DNA of 63,906 bases, filler included, from Dugesia japonica (taxonomy: Eukaryota), in NCBI GenBank assembly GCA_001938525.1. It is 6 parts of 6 records of this genome, joined end to end, with 100 filler letters (N's around TTAATTAATTAA, not from the genome) between each part and the next. Parts side by side here need not be neighbours in the genome. Positions count along the whole stretch, not along the records: positions 34,786 to 43,821 come from MQRL01555286.1; positions 43,922 to 55,437 come from MQRL01640716.1; 4 more parts are not named here. One strand, given 5' to 3'. The notes under the pieces are model-generated. The model was not told where the DNA came from, searched no databases, and saw only the letters and a program-made list of their open reading frames with translations. Positions 40,701 through 54,559 of the stretch are shown here, in pieces; the first letter of the stretch is position 1; each line of letters opens with the position of its first letter. Made by a program: the position numbers and the translations under genes.

Positions 40701-43418
40701 TTTTACGAAATTTTGCCGCCAAACGTCTTAGAATAAAAAAATTATAAAATCTAAAGAAAGCTGTAAGAATAGATAATACTATGTAAAGAGGCATAAATAT
40801 CAAAATCCCATTCTAATATGAGAACTACAGTTAGTTAATCAACAAAATTATGAATAACTCAAATTATGCCTACAGTATTACTTATTAATAGCTGTACTCT
40901 TATTCATCCAAATAATAATTTTAGTATAATCAGTGTTAAGTGGAAAAAATCTGATTTACTTGTATGGACAATGGTAAGTAGCCATGATAAATTTGATCTT
41001 CGTATATTATACCTACTAAATATGAGATACGGAAAAATGAATGACATCATAAAACTATTAGAATTAATAATAAAGATAAAAATAACAGTGTTGGAGTAGT
41101 TGATAATTATTTCTAAATATTATTCTTATGAGATCATATTGGAAAGAATCGACTACACGCTAAAATGTGGATACAGTTTAGTGTCTAACCAGATATCATA
41201 CTATAATGAAATTTACAGAGCTGTTTATGAAACATTTAAGAAAAATTATTCAACTGAAAGAATTAAAATTAAAATATGATATTGCATGGTAATGATTTTA
41301 TTTTGGCTCATGACACACTTAGCCGATCTGAACATTTTTGCGGCACACTTTACACACTCCGGCCTACAATAAAACTATTTTTAGCTTCTCTTCATTTTCA
41401 TTAATTTTTTTCATTCTCGAAAATTCAAAATTTGATATACTTTAAATTTTAAGACAAAATATCTATAATTTTTTCTTTTTGGATTTAAACTTTTTAATGA
41501 GAAGACAAAGTCTGCTTTCAAAAAGCAAATAAGGTTGAAACGAGACTCCAATATTGACATCGAAGAAGCTGGTCTCTCCTTTTGTATTTGATTATAGTCA
41601 GAGCTAAAAATAAAATAGGTAAAACCACAAAGACGTAAAATGTAAACGAATTTTAACTGCTTTTGAACTAATCAAAGGATATGACGGTTTAAGAGAGAGG
41701 CAAAACTCGTCAGAAAAACCAATTGATGGAAGTTGTTGTTCATTAAGTCAAAAGGTTGTTCTTTTTCCATGGTTATAAGATTTGCTGTTACACGCATATA
41801 AATTGGACTGATGTTGAAATGCTGCTTGGAAACCTATTTCTGAGATAACAACAACAATGTTTTATTTGACTATAATTCATTAATCGAAGAAAAGCAGTCA
41901 AAATCACGCTTCAATATTTTGTTATCCCACGGTATCAGATTTTTACAAGTTTTGATGTTGATGAGATAATAATTTTCAATTATCCTCGAAGACTTAAATT
42001 CACAGAATTCAGTTTGTCAAAAGAATTGGAAAGATTGAACTTTCATATCTCGTCATACAGAGAAAATTTGCAATCTACTTCATTGACCTCCCAAAACGAA
42101 ATAACTTCAATTTTTAGGTTAACAAGACACTTTAAAACTTTTTCTTTCGAGAACCAACAAACGTTGGTATGATAAAGCATATATTTATGGTCTTAATCGA
42201 TGACATTTCAAGGTTGAGAGAAAAGTCGAGATTCGGGTAGTCGAGACTTACAAATAACTCAATATCCAGCAATTCCAAAATATATGCCATAAACATGTTT
42301 TTATCCGTTATCCAGGGTTGGTCTTTATTCTGACTCTGAAATTTTTCAAAGGTTTTGACTAATCAAAATCGATTATACATAAATAAAGAAAGAAAGTTTT
42401 TACCCCAGAAGCAAAGAGTCAGTCTTTGTTTACGTGCATCACTATCTACCTACTGGCATGTTTCAATATTATAAGTTTGCCTGTTAATACAATGTATGTT
42501 ACCATTTTTTGTTATTTTTTATTTATATATAAATAAAACTTCTGTCTTTAATACAGGCCTGTATTGTTTTCATTATATATATATTTTTGGTAAAAATAAT
42601 ATTGAAATCTAAGAGATAAATAGAGATTTCGTTTTTAAAGTGATTCATTTGTTTTAATCGTTTCAATATTTATGAATAATATTTGTTGTTAAATAATTAG
42701 TTATTTAGTTTTTTTGTTATTTCTTCTGAGAAACATAATTGACAATACATAAATATTCAACCGAGTTATTCGAATAATAAATTTATCGATTATACCTAGC
42801 TTCATTTATTTTTTAGTTTTGAAAATAATAATAGATAAAACAAACCATTAATTTGTAGTAATATGTACATGGATTGTTAGGATACAAAATGTAGATTAAT
42901 ATATATAAACTGACCAAACTGACTGGAATATAATGTTGCGAAATTCTTTGTAAACTAAACAAATTTAAACAAAGTTTTATTTTGTAAAGTTTTGATTCTT
43001 AATAAATAATTTAAATTTCAGTTTCTACGGTGTAAAAAATTTGTTTACAACAATTTTTTTAATGATTGCAATATCTATGTCTTCTACAAATATTGGATTT
43101 ATGTGGATTTATGGAGGAGAAGCATTTCCAACAGTAATTAGATCCACTAGTGTTAGTATTGGATCAGCATGTGCCGGGATTTCTGGAATAATTGCTACTC
43201 AGATGGAATGGGTATTTGAAATTGCACCGAATGTCCTACCAATGATCGGAATGGCGATGGCTCTAACAGGATCAGCTTTAACATTTTTCTTTTTACCGGA
43301 AACATTTAAACGTCTGAGTCTCGACTTTTTACCACAAGCTGAAAAATATTTTAAAGAATGGCGCCAACCTTGGAGAAAGCACACGAAAGTTATTATTGAT
43401 ATGGAATGTAATACTTAG
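34787..43418 (+). CDS. MFS transporter, SLC22/organic cation transporter-like, 3' part (3 exons visible)
   Basis: Exons <34787-35308 (FSDKFGR motif A, EIVE...R; N gap inside), 39181-39449 (EIFKFK...QRIGRI) and 43022-43418 (YGGEAFPTVIRS, LPET). Phases 0 and 2 are consistent; introns are ~3.9 and ~3.6 kb. The 5' end is lost at the scaffold edge. Confidence 0.85.
37488..38200 (-). mobile_element. LTR-retrotransposon gag fragment
   Basis: CX2CX4HX4C knuckle C*NCNKIGHICRYC at ~37490-37535; gag-like helical region upstream with frameshifts. Confidence 0.6.
38491..38525 (-). ncRNA. Minimal type I hammerhead ribozyme motif (family A), intact core
   Basis: AAUUC-CUGACGAA-GAC(AAA)GUC-GAAA-UA-UC-GAAUU: 5-bp stem I, 3-bp stem II, palindromic AUAU stem III, predicted AUC cleavage triplet. 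Confidence 0.8.
38542..38576 (+). ncRNA. Hammerhead motif (family A), degenerate 3' strand of stem I
   Basis: AAUUC-CUGACGAA-GACAAAGUC-GAAAUAUC-AAAUC; mirror copy of the previous motif. Confidence 0.65.
41490..42200 (-). mobile_element. Decayed hAT (Buster/Charlie-type) transposase fragment in the SLC22 intron
   Basis: MLYHTNVCWFSKEKVL (cf. LLYHTEVRWLSRGKVL) and FDKLNSVNLSLRG (cf. FxKLNxLNLSLQG). Confidence 0.75.
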
Positions 43419-43821
43419 ATGTTCTTTTAGTAAAGATATTTCTTCTGTTTTAATGAAACTTGGTTATTAGTGTTATTTTATTAAAATATAATGAGAGATT
43501 TTGTAAAATGTTTAATTTATTTTTAAAATAAAAATTTCAAAGCTCATAAATCAATAATTTGTCTTGATATTCTTAGTATACTTTGTACAGAATTGTTAAT
43601 CTTTTTTCTAATTTAATTTCAGTTTCTTAACCAGGCTTTCGTTTTTCCATTTTAAATCACATCTGTCAAATATAACTTATTTTAACATCAAATTGCCGAG
43701 TAATATTTTATTAAAGAGTTCTACAAGTGTTTATGAGTATAAAGATTTTAGCAAATACCTGAACAATTCCTTTGATTTTATATTGTAATCATGTATAAAA
43801 TATCATCACCTCATATAGTAT

Positions 43822-43921
43822 NNNNNNNNNNNNNNNNNNNNNNNNNNNNNNNNNNNNNNNNNNNNTTAATTAATTAANNNNNNNNNNNNNNNNNNNNNNN
43901 NNNNNNNNNNNNNNNNNNNNN
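43822..43921. other. Artificial scaffold spacer
   Basis: N44-TTAATTAATTAA-N44. Confidence 0.95.
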
Positions 43922-45606
43922 TTACAAATAAATTTTGTTTTGATCGAAGCTTTATCTTATTTTAATGAAATTATTAACAATAATCAAAGCAATGTAATGA
44001 TTGAATATAACGATCAGAATCAAAAATCAAAACTAAATTATTATACTAAATCGGCGTAATATTTTTATTAACAGGTACAATCATTTCTCAGAAAAATTAT
44101 AGTAATAAAACATTAGAGTAACCACCGTTATCAAAGTTCATTTTCAAGTTATCTTAACAAAATTCGTTTTCACAACTATCGTGTCATTTTTACCGATGTT
44201 TATGCATAATTATCATATCATTTTATGGAGGTTCATTTCATGCCTATCATATAAATCCATCAGGATAACCATTACTTCATCATGATAACTATTAATTCAT
44301 TTAAAACTTCTTCACAATAACTATTAAATCATTTACAACTTCTCCGTGATAACTATTAAATGAGTGGACGATATCTTCTAAGATATCTAACGTTGACAGC
44401 CGCTACTGCCGACGGAGTCGACGAGCAACTACTCTCTACACAGTCTCCTTCTTTATCACTTTTTTTATAAGCATTTAAAATATAAATAACAAAAGTTTTA
44501 CTTTTCTTTTCATCTCCTGGCTTATTTAAAAATAACAGTTAATGTTTCGACTTGACACTTTTAACAATAAGTTAACAAGCTTTTAATTTTTAAAAGCTTT
44601 TGAATTTTTAAGAGCTAACTTTTTTATAAATTTTCATCGGTTTATATACTATTCTGTACAGTCACTATTTGACATATAAACTGATGGGTATCCACTTCAA
44701 ATTTTGTAGAAATCCATTGAATTGTGCGGTACTCACTTGCAGATTCTTTATGAAGGTCTATGATTTGTATTTTTTGATTTTTTCATATTATTTACCGGTG
44801 CTTACTTGGCATCATAGATTTCTATTAGCATTTTAATTTTATACGTACAAAGTGCGTTGCTCACTCGACACAGATTTTATTTTTATTTCTTGTGCGGTGC
44901 TCATCCGACACAATTTGTTCATAATTATGATCTGCTAGAACGTGCACGGTGCCAATGAAATTTGTGATCATTGNACCGGNACGAGTCAATAATATTTTTG
45001 ATAGATAATAATTTCTGAAACTTTGTTGAACACCTATAAATAAAGATATATACACGAATATTTATAAATACTTTAATATGCTTTCAATATCCTAACTAAA
45101 CTTTTTCTTATCTTTCATTTCGTATGACTTTTTTTTATTATATTCCCATTCTTTCAATAAAATTAATAATCTTTGTCGCAAAATAATAATGCTAGATTTT
45201 AATACTTTATTAAGTTATTATATTAATATGATGTTCCTAATTGAATCATACTGATTTTAATAATATTTTATTAATTATAATAATAATAATGATTTATTTC
45301 ATACTTATTTTCTTGTAATTTCTCTTAATTTTATTAAAATCTTTTAATAATACTTTTGTTTTAAATCTACATTATGATAATAATTATTTTATTATATTTC
45401 TACTTCTACTACATTTATATAAATTATAAATAATAATATGTAGCATTCATTTATTCGATCTTTACTTCATTTTATTATTTCTTTCTGATTTATTAGACTA
45501 ATTTAGAATTGTTCTTTTGATTTATTGAGCATTTTCGATTTTCGATATTTCCAGCTTTGAATTTCCGTTTAATTAATTATTATTTCTCCAGATTATTTGA
45601 TTATTA

Positions 45607-48600
45607 TTAATTCCCGTCCATTTTCCGTTTTAAATATTTCACCTTAGACGATTTAGACTTCGCATTTTCATGTTCAGTCTTGCATTGTGAACAATAACTG
45701 GGCGTCAATCTTGACATACCATCAGCATTGGAATGATATTCCCCTTTCCTATACTTTAGTTTGAAATCATATTCTGATAATTCGTTCATTTTAAATCTGA
45801 AACTATGGCATAATTGGTTTTTTCGAATTCTTTATAAACTCTAAAGCTTTGTGATCGGTTCTTGCGACAAAACGTTTCCCATAAAGATAATACCAAAAAT
45901 GTCGAATAAATAAAAGAGCCAATAACTCCTTCCTGGTCACGCAATATCCTTTTTCAAGTGCGTTCAATAACCTTGATTTATATGTTATAACGACTTTCAT
46001 ACCGTTGTGTGATTGGCTCAGTACATCACCAATTCCCGAAAAACTGGCATCAGTATCTAGAATGAATTGACCTTCTGAACTAGGATACCCCAATACTAAA
46101 GAGTAACGAAGGGCTTCCTTGCTTTTCTCAAAAGTCGTCTCTCGTTTCTTTGTCCAGATGATCTCGTGCTTTGGATCTTCGGTAGCAGCATGTAAAGGTG
46201 TAGCAAGTTGCGAAAAATTCTTTATAAATTTTCTATAATAGTTTGCCATTCCATGAAAAGATCGCAACTGTTTAGTACATTTTGGAATTCCAGCATTAAG
46301 AATCTCCTTGACTTTTTGATTTTAATCCAAATTTGTTTATTGTATGACCCAAAAACACAATCTTTTCTTGATACAGTTTACATTTGGCTGGATTTACTTT
46401 AAGACCAGATACTTGAATTTTTTGAAATATTTCTGCTAGAATACGATCATGTTCCTTCCAAATTTTTGCAAAGGTTAGAATATCATCGATATAAACTACA
46501 ACACTCATAAATAGAATATCCGTCAAAATTGTTAGCATAAATTTTTGAAACGTAGCAGGAGCGGATGATAGGCCGAATGGCATGCGATTATAACACTATA
46601 ATCGATTATAACTGGCCTTTCTTTGTAAAACAAAGAGGTTTTAATTTTATCCTCCTCTTCTAGTTCGATTTGATAATGCTCTTGGCTGATATCTAGTGCT
46701 GAAAATATGATACATTTGAGGATCTGGCATAGGAAACAAAAATCTATCAGTTGCTTCATTCAATAATCTGAAATCCTGACACATGAGAATAGCTCCATTT
46801 GTTTTGCTAACAATCATCATAGGTGCGTTCCACGGGATACTGCATTCTTTTATAATGCCGCTTTTGATAAGTGTTTCAATTATCTCATCAATAATGTTTT
46901 CTAGATGCTTCGGCTGTCATCTTGGCTGTAGTAAAACAGGATTTCTTGTTGTTTGGATAGGATGTTTAACTAAGTGTGTTTTAACATGATCAAACGTATG
47001 CGTGATGAATATCGAGGCGAAACGCATTTACAATTTTTTCAAGATNNNNNNNNNNNNNNNNNNNNNNNNNNNNNNNNNNNNNAAATGATCCTCATCAGAA
47101 ACATTACACATTACATTATCTGACTCGATTAATCCAATCATCTTTAATTGGATATTAAAAACTTTGAACATGTCCATTCCGCTAATGAACTATGGGCTTA
47201 TACTCTGTACAACCACCAAATTGACAGTTGCGTTCATATTAAGGTACCCAATTTTCACATTTCCGACGCCCAAGCATTTAACGGCTTCTTTCGAAAATGC
47301 TCCACTAAATTTTATCTGTGAATTTTTCAATGGGAACGAAACACATCTTTTCCAAGCATTAGATTACTGAAATCTATGCTTATGAGTCTCACAACATCTA
47401 CACACCTCTACCATTCACTTTAACTAAGCTTTAAATTCTTCTATCGCTCTTCTCATACATCTCGTCATCTACGTTTAAATTTCGATTTTGATTTTTTCTT
47501 ACTGTCTTGACTCCACAGACGAAATTGGAACAGTGAAGTTTTCTCGTTTAAGTAGTTTACATCATGTGCTACTTCATCTGATTCATCGCAAATTACATCT
47601 ATTACATCTTTTTATTAGTTTTATCCACAATACATTTAAAAATTGTTTTTGTGGTGATATTTCCCAAGCAGTCTACAATTTTTAAACTTATGTCCCGATA
47701 TTTTACAAATTAAACAACAATCTTTTAGAGGACAATTATTACGAAAATGTCACATTGAAACACAAAAAAAACACATCCCTGGTCTCAAAATCCCTTCTCT
47801 TGGAGGTAGAAAACCTTTTAATTGATTATACAACTTTCTGGCAATGAACTTCATGGATGTCGTCGGCGAGTTTCTCTGGATTTGCTATTGGTATAAAATT
47901 TCAGAATTTTTTTTCTGGATAATTAACAACAGGAGCTAGCCTTTATGCAACTGACCTATCTGGAATTCGAATGTAGCTCTGAACATTACTTTTTCCTGTA
48001 TTTATCCTCTTTAACATCGGACGGTAATTAGCTGCTGCCACTTCAGAATATGATAATTTATTGACTGATAACTTTCTCTCAATGTCATCGTTTTTTCATA
48101 ATTTGCAGCTAGCTGTCGCATACCATCAGCATTCAAATCTGGTTTCAGGACAAATGCTTTTTTTAAATCTTGATATTTTACTATTTTATGAATTACTTGT
48201 TTCATAATTATTTCCATTGATAATCCGGATTTTAATATTTCTTTCAGAGTTCTTGTAACTCGAAATTTGACATTTTCATATCTTTCACCAGTCTTTTGAC
48301 TGATTATATTAAAATCTTCAATCATCCGTAAAAAAGATTTATCTTTGAAGAACTTTAACTTGAACCAATCTCTTGTTGATTTGTCTTCTATTTTGGTTCG
48401 TGATTTATTAGCTAACCATAAATCCTTAGCGTCGCCATCTAATAAAAAATAAAAAGTTGACATGAGGTTAAAGTTATTAGTGGCTGAGAACGTTCCAACT
48501 CCTTTCAACCAGGCAATTGTATTTTCATCACAATTTCCTGAGAATTTTGTTATTCTTGGAAATAACAGTTCTCGCGATTCTTTTTGTAAAGCTCCATAAA

Positions 48601-48640
48601 TTCTTTTTGCTTCTGCTGCCTGTTATTGAATTGACATGGT
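45607..48640 (-). mobile_element. Decayed Ty3/gypsy LTR retrotransposon (gag, RT, RNase H; no integrase seen)
   Basis: gag ORF 48011-48508 and knuckle CLICKISGHKFKNC at ~47670-47720; RT MPFGLSSAPATFQ and VYIDDIL; RNase H FILDTDAS, YCVTRKELLA, RTDHKAL and HSNADGMSR. Confidence 0.92.
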
Positions 48641-50194
48641 AGTTGGAACCAGTTACATGAGTAATAAGTGACATCTTGAAATTCAAAAATATATTTCACT
48701 ACTAAAAAATGTTACCAACCCCTGATCTAGACCAATATTATTATATTATTTATATTGTGAAGATTTACACATCTAATTTTTTTATGCGAGTTTGATTTAG
48801 CGTGATATTTATTACGACGCGAATTAATTCATTTTTTGATGTTCAATATTTGTTACCTTACTTATTTTATGTATTCAGATTTATATAAATCGTTAGCAGA
48901 ATACAGAAAACAAACAGGTGAAGGATTTATGATCGTTGCTAAACTAAATATTGACTTATAATTTACTGATTTCTACTCATTTTAGCAAAATTTTCTTAAA
49001 GAAAAATTATTAATTTAGAAATTATTGAACCTCATTTCATGACAAATAAATATTTTTTTATTTTATTTTTTTTTATTATTTGAATATTTCATAAATTATC
49101 CAGTTTATTTATTTTAATAATAATCTTACAAAGATTACCTGAAAATTAACATCAATGGAAATATCATCGGAATACCATTGGTTAATAAAAGAAAGGAAAA
49201 TCATTTAAAAAAATATTTGTATGCAAATGTCTCANNNNNNNNNNNNNNNNNNNNAATTATTTTTATTTGAATCAAAATATTATTTTTCACATGGTTCTAT
49301 CACAGCTAAATTGTCACCCACACTATTTTGAAAAAATACTGTCAACTTGCAAACTAAAAACACCAATTGAATGCAATTCAGTGCCTCTAGTGGTAATTTT
49401 TTGTACTACATATAATAGATAAAGTTTGTGGCTATTCAGCAACATTATGCAAGAGTCAGATGTTTGATTACGCATAGTATTTATTAGTGAGAATTTAGCG
49501 TCTGCTCCGTTTCTCCAAGTATATATTGATTGTCTCGAATATTAATATCTTTGTCTTTAAACTCCAATGTAATATCTAAACTGCCCAAATAGTTAATCTA
49601 AGTCTGAAACTGAAATAATATCAGTTTTTTGGTCTATTCTAAGAATAAATTGCTTTGTATACAAGCAATGTTTAAAATGACACAAAAATTTTACATAGTC
49701 AATAGTTCTTTAGGTCTTGTTACTCATTACATATTACCCATATACGCATACTCGTTTTCTTTATCTACATTTCGTTATCAATATCTCGTGTGATATTACC
49801 GCACCAATCATTTTGAAACTGACGTCTATGTCCCATATCAATTCTCTATATATGTTGGAAAAGCATAATACTGAAAATATTTGTATGCAAATGTCTCACA
49901 ACTTACCTAGTTTTAAAGAATTATTTTTATTTGAATCAAAATATTATTTGTCAATAGTGCTTATTTCAGTCCATTAAAGCGTCTTCCAGTTTATTCTTCA
50001 TTCAATCTTGTTGCTATGTCTGTTCCAACAAACTGGTTTAGTTTGAATAGTCCTTAAATAATCTGTGATAGTATTTACCAATTCCCAAAAAGCTTCACAT
50101 TGAGTGAAATCATTTGCGATCTTACCAAAACTAATATCGAATGTAAGTGAAAATATTTTTCTTTAGTAAAAAACACAAACTAGTTACAATAATA

Positions 50195-50820
50195 TTTATT
50201 CAAATATCGATCCAGATTGGATTGTACGCCATTTGAGATTTTCCAAATAAGTTTTCTTAACTTTTCTAAGAAAGACACTTCATAATATGATAGAGATGGC
50301 TGTTGGTTAAAAAATAATTCAATATTTTTGAGACTCTCAATCGTGAATTTTCTCGTGACGGTTTCTTCTGATTTGCTGTTAACTATTTCATTCTATTGTA
50401 TGAAATCCTCAAAAATATCATCATGCATCACAATACTTAATATTTCTTCATCGTCAAACATTTTTGAAGTTACCAAATCAACATCGGAAGTTATAAGTTC
50501 ATTAAAAGTGACAACATTTTTCTTTCCTTTTCTCAAAGCTAAATTTGTATATATAGCATTTACAATGATGCTAAATCAGTAGTATTGTCCTTTGGGTTTG
50601 GCTTTTCATCGTCAACAAGTCTGAATTTCAACCATTAAGTTTTTATTGTACTACATGTTACTCCTTCCAATGCAGAAAAACACTACTTTATGATCATATC
50701 CATTGCAATATAAACATTTTCATCAGCATCTAAAAAGTTGATTATTTTCTCTAATAAAAACTGCTTATAATTTATTTTAAAATGCTGGATTACGCATTGG
50801 TTCATTGATTGAATGTGGGT
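50195..50820 (-). mobile_element. pogo/Tigger-type transposase C-terminal fragment, truncated at the Polinton boundary
   Basis: THIQSMNQCVIQHFKINYKQFLL (cf. TSxLQPxDQGVIxxFKxxYR), then DLVTSKMFDDEEIL and a terminal QSNLDRYL. Confidence 0.7.
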
Positions 50821-51312
50821 AGATAGATAATCCCGAGATGCATCCTTTTTTTGTTAGCGTTTTTAAATTTTTCAAAAAATTTTTTAAATGAAAATAATAA
50901 ANNNNNAAGGTATTATTTTCTAAGTAAAAATTAAAAAATTCTCATTTTTTAATTTTTATAAATAGCGCATTTTCTATGAAAATATCGGAAAATTAGAAAT
51001 CGCGCAAAAAACAAGAAATGTAAAAAATTAGAAATCGCACAAAAAACAAGAAATTGCAAAAGTGTCATTTTCTACAAAAACAAGAAATGCAAAAAAAAAC
51101 CGAGAATGTAAATTCGACCATGAGAAATTTCAAAATCGTAAATTTTTTGAAATTGAGAGTAGAAAAAATTTCCTCTTTAAGAGGATACCCTCTCACAAAA
51201 AATAAAAAAATATGAGTATAGAGATAACTGCCATTCTTAAGCACCACTACTATAAAAAAAATTACACAGTGCGATAGAAAAAATAAATCATAAATTTTTC
51301 CTTTAGAAAATA

Positions 51313-52739
51313 ATGGGAAGAATAGGACCAGGTTTAGAATTAACTTTAATAGCATTTAATAAAATAGTAGGTAAAGAACTGCCTACTTTAGAAGAAATTA
51401 AAGATTATAAAAGAAATTAATCACTAGTGCAGATAGTGGATGAAAATTTAGAAGATTATAATTTTTTAAAAAAAAATTTGAAACATTAGATTTAAATGAA
51501 ACAGAAAAGAAACACTATGGAAAATTATTAGAATATTTTACTGCGTTAGCAACAGATGCAGAGTGCAATGGAGAGTTATACTTTCAAGCTGAGGATGAAA
51601 AATATGAGATAAAAAAAATTACCAAAAGGAACGAGATGAGCACAATGCGGCATTAAAAAAATTAAATGAAGAATTAAAACCCAAAATGGTTTGTTATAAA
51701 CAGTTTGGTTTAGATACAGATCCAAGAATTAGAAAATTTAGAAAACCAATAGAGTGTGTAAAAAAAATTAAGATTTAACTCTATAGAAAATGGAAGAAGA
51801 AAATGAAATCGGGATAGATGTAATTTATAATATAATTGAATATTTAAATGATAATAAAATATATGATAAAAAGATTAAAGAATATTTAAAAAATAAATTA
51901 ACAAAAGATGTAGAAGAAAACTTAATTAGCCTTAATCAATAAAATAAAATGGTAGAAGAAAATAAAATAAAAGAAAAAGACAGGGAGATGTATAAATTTA
52001 TACTATCTTTTTTTATTTATCAAAACATAGAAAATGAGTGTATGGATTTGTTACTTAATTCTAAAAAAACGAAACAAACAATAAAACCAAGAATAATTAC
52101 TTATAAAGACTTGTGTTTTACATTTTCATTAAAAGAAGGTAGAAAACGACTTTCAGAAAAAGAGATTATAAAATTTTAGGATAACTTAGAAGGGAAAGAA
52201 AAAACTACAGAAAAATCTAAACGAGTGAAAGTTCCCCCATCATGTACAAGTATAGCTAGAGCAACAGCTAAAAAAATTATTATAAAAAATGCCTGATTCT
52301 ATTTTACTCACAATGATGAAAAATTATAATTTTAAAAAAAATTCAATAAAAGATTTTTGTAAAATTAATTAATTTAATGAAAAAACAATAAAAACATATA
52401 TAATTAAATTTAACATTCCTTACAATAAAATAACAACAAAAACTTTAATGGAAAGAGATAATAATGGGAGATTTATTTCGCTAGAAGATGGGGTTGGGAA
52501 AAAAACACCATAGTAAAAAAAATAATGGAAATGATAATGGTAGGGACAACCGTAAAGACAATAGTAGGGCCAACTGTTATAGTGATGCTAATTGTAATGG
52601 TAACTGTAATGGTAATTGTAATGGTAATTGTGATGGTGATTGTGATGGCGATGGAAAAAGAAAAAGTAAAAGAAGATGTCAAAAACCATCTGATATGATA
52701 AATTATAAAAAAATACACACCATTAAAAAATTACTATAG
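51313..52739 (+). pseudogene. Cluster of small Polinton accessory ORFs of unknown function
   Basis: Consecutive ATG-started A-rich ORFs at 51313, 51790, 51949 and 52448/52488 with internal stops or frameshifts; the last contains a TAATGG/TAATTG-type hexamer repeat. Confidence 0.5.
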
Positions 52740-52742
52740 AAA

Positions 52743-54036
52743 ATGGAGCTGAAAATAAATCTCGATAATAATATTATTTTTACTCACGAATTATTAAAAA
52801 AATGACATTTTAAAATTTTCACCAACATCGGGTTCAATAAATAATATGATGGGTGGAGGAGATGTTTTTTTCCAATCTTTGCAATCCACAAATCCATTAG
52901 ATATTTGCAACGCAATGTTATATTTTAAAATTGAAACAGAAATTGAAGCTGGTAAAACTGTAACTCTAGAAAATAATTTTTTTCCATCTTTATTTAAAAC
53001 AATGAGATTAAGACTTGGAGCATCAGATGTAGAAACTATAAATGATCCTGGCACAATAACAACAATGTTAAATTTAATTTTAACAAGTTATATTCATAGA
53101 AAAGTATATGGAGAATTATCAGGATGGGTTTTAGAAGAAGACCGAAGAAAAAAATTATATGCAATTAAAAAATTTGAAGTATATTTTCCATTAAGAATTT
53201 TATTTGGATTTATACAAAATTTTAACAGAGTTCTTTACAATACAATGATTAAATGTTGTTGTAATCGACAACTAGAAGATAAATTAATATTTAAAGGAGA
53301 TGGTACCGGAAAATTAAAATTACTAGCATTAGAATTACACATTCCAGAATGTCGACTTACACCAAAAATGGAATTATTATTATTAGAAAGAATTTCTACA
53401 GACCGCCCAATTAAAGTTGCATTTCTAAATCGAATAACTGGTAAAATGACATTAGACTCATGAAATTATTCTTCTTATAAAATTAGCAATCTTTCATACA
53501 AACCAAGATATATTTTTATAGTTATAAAAAATGAAGTTATTTCTTTTGCAAATAATAATAATTAATTTATACAAAAGAAAACAAAAACTACAAAAGTGAC
53601 AGTACCAGCAGTACCACCAGCAACTGTTGATACAACAAAAGATAAGCCCACCGATTATTATTTAAAAACTATGCAAATACAATTAAATAATAATTACTAT
53701 CCAATTAACGAATGTAAATTTAATATGGAAAATAATGAAATGATTTATCCTTATTTGAATTATATAAAATGTTGTCAAGATTTTTTTACAGAACCACAAT
53801 TAACACTTTTAGAATTTATTAATGATTATCCTATTTTCTGTTTTGATGTTACAGCAAAAGATGATAGATTAAATATTAAAAATGTTGATGTAACACTTTA
53901 CATTACAAAAGATCCAGAATTTACAGGAAATCTTTATTGGTGCATTCTTAAAGAAAAACATATAGAAATGAAATTAGCAAATAATAAAATTGCAATGGTA
54001 GAAAATGTTTGTGGTGTTGAATTTTTAAATAAGTAA
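52743..54036 (+). pseudogene. Polinton/adintovirus major capsid protein (double jelly-roll), disrupted
   Basis: One ~430-codon frame after allowing a +1 shift in the A7 run at 52796-52802 and in-frame stops at 53461 and ~53563. Motifs PLRILFGF, KPRYIFIV, QLNNNYYP and YPIFCFDV are typical of Polinton MCPs. Confidence 0.8.
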
Positions 54037-54037
54037 A

Positions 54038-54559
54038 ATGGTCAAGTCAATAAAATTTACATGTGAAAAATGTCATAGAATTTTATTAAAAAAAAATAAA
54101 GCTCGTCATGTAAAACTTTGTAAAGGTGGTGGTGATCTTCAAAAATCGAGTTTTATTAGTAATGTTTTAAAACCATTTACTTGGGAAAAATATGAAGGCG
54201 AACGACATTTACCCGGACATAATTATACTGGACCAGGAACTAGATTAGATATTAGACTTGATGAAAATAATATTCCGAAAGAAGGAGAAGAACCAGTTAA
54301 TCGAATTGATGCAGCAGCATTGAAACATGACATTGCTTATTATTCAGAAGACATGAGAGATCGACACGTAGCAGATGTACATTTAATAGAAGATATTAAT
54401 AATATGGAAGATCCTACTTTGGGAGAAAAATTTCAAGGCTTTCTTGTAAAATTAGCAATGAAGGCAAAATTATTAATTGGTCAGGGAGCGAGCGAAGCAA
54501 GCCACGGAGGGACTATAAGTAAATCAAAACAAATAAAAAAAATTAGAAACGAGCTATGA
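54038..54559 (+). CDS. Zn-finger + parvovirus VP1u-type phospholipase A2 domain (PLA2X)
   Basis: CEKCHRILLKKNKARHVKLC (C2HC finger); LPGHNYTGPG calcium loop; PVNRIDAAALKHDIAY catalytic HDxxY. Confidence 0.9.
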   Translation: MVKSIKFTCEKCHRILLKKNKARHVKLCKGGGDLQKSSFISNVLKPFTWEKYEGERHLPGHNYTGPGTRLDIRLDENNIPKEGEEPVNRIDAAALKHDIAYYSEDMRDRHVADVHLIEDINNMEDPTLGEKFQGFLVKLAMKAKLLIGQGASEASHGGTISKSKQIKKIRNEL

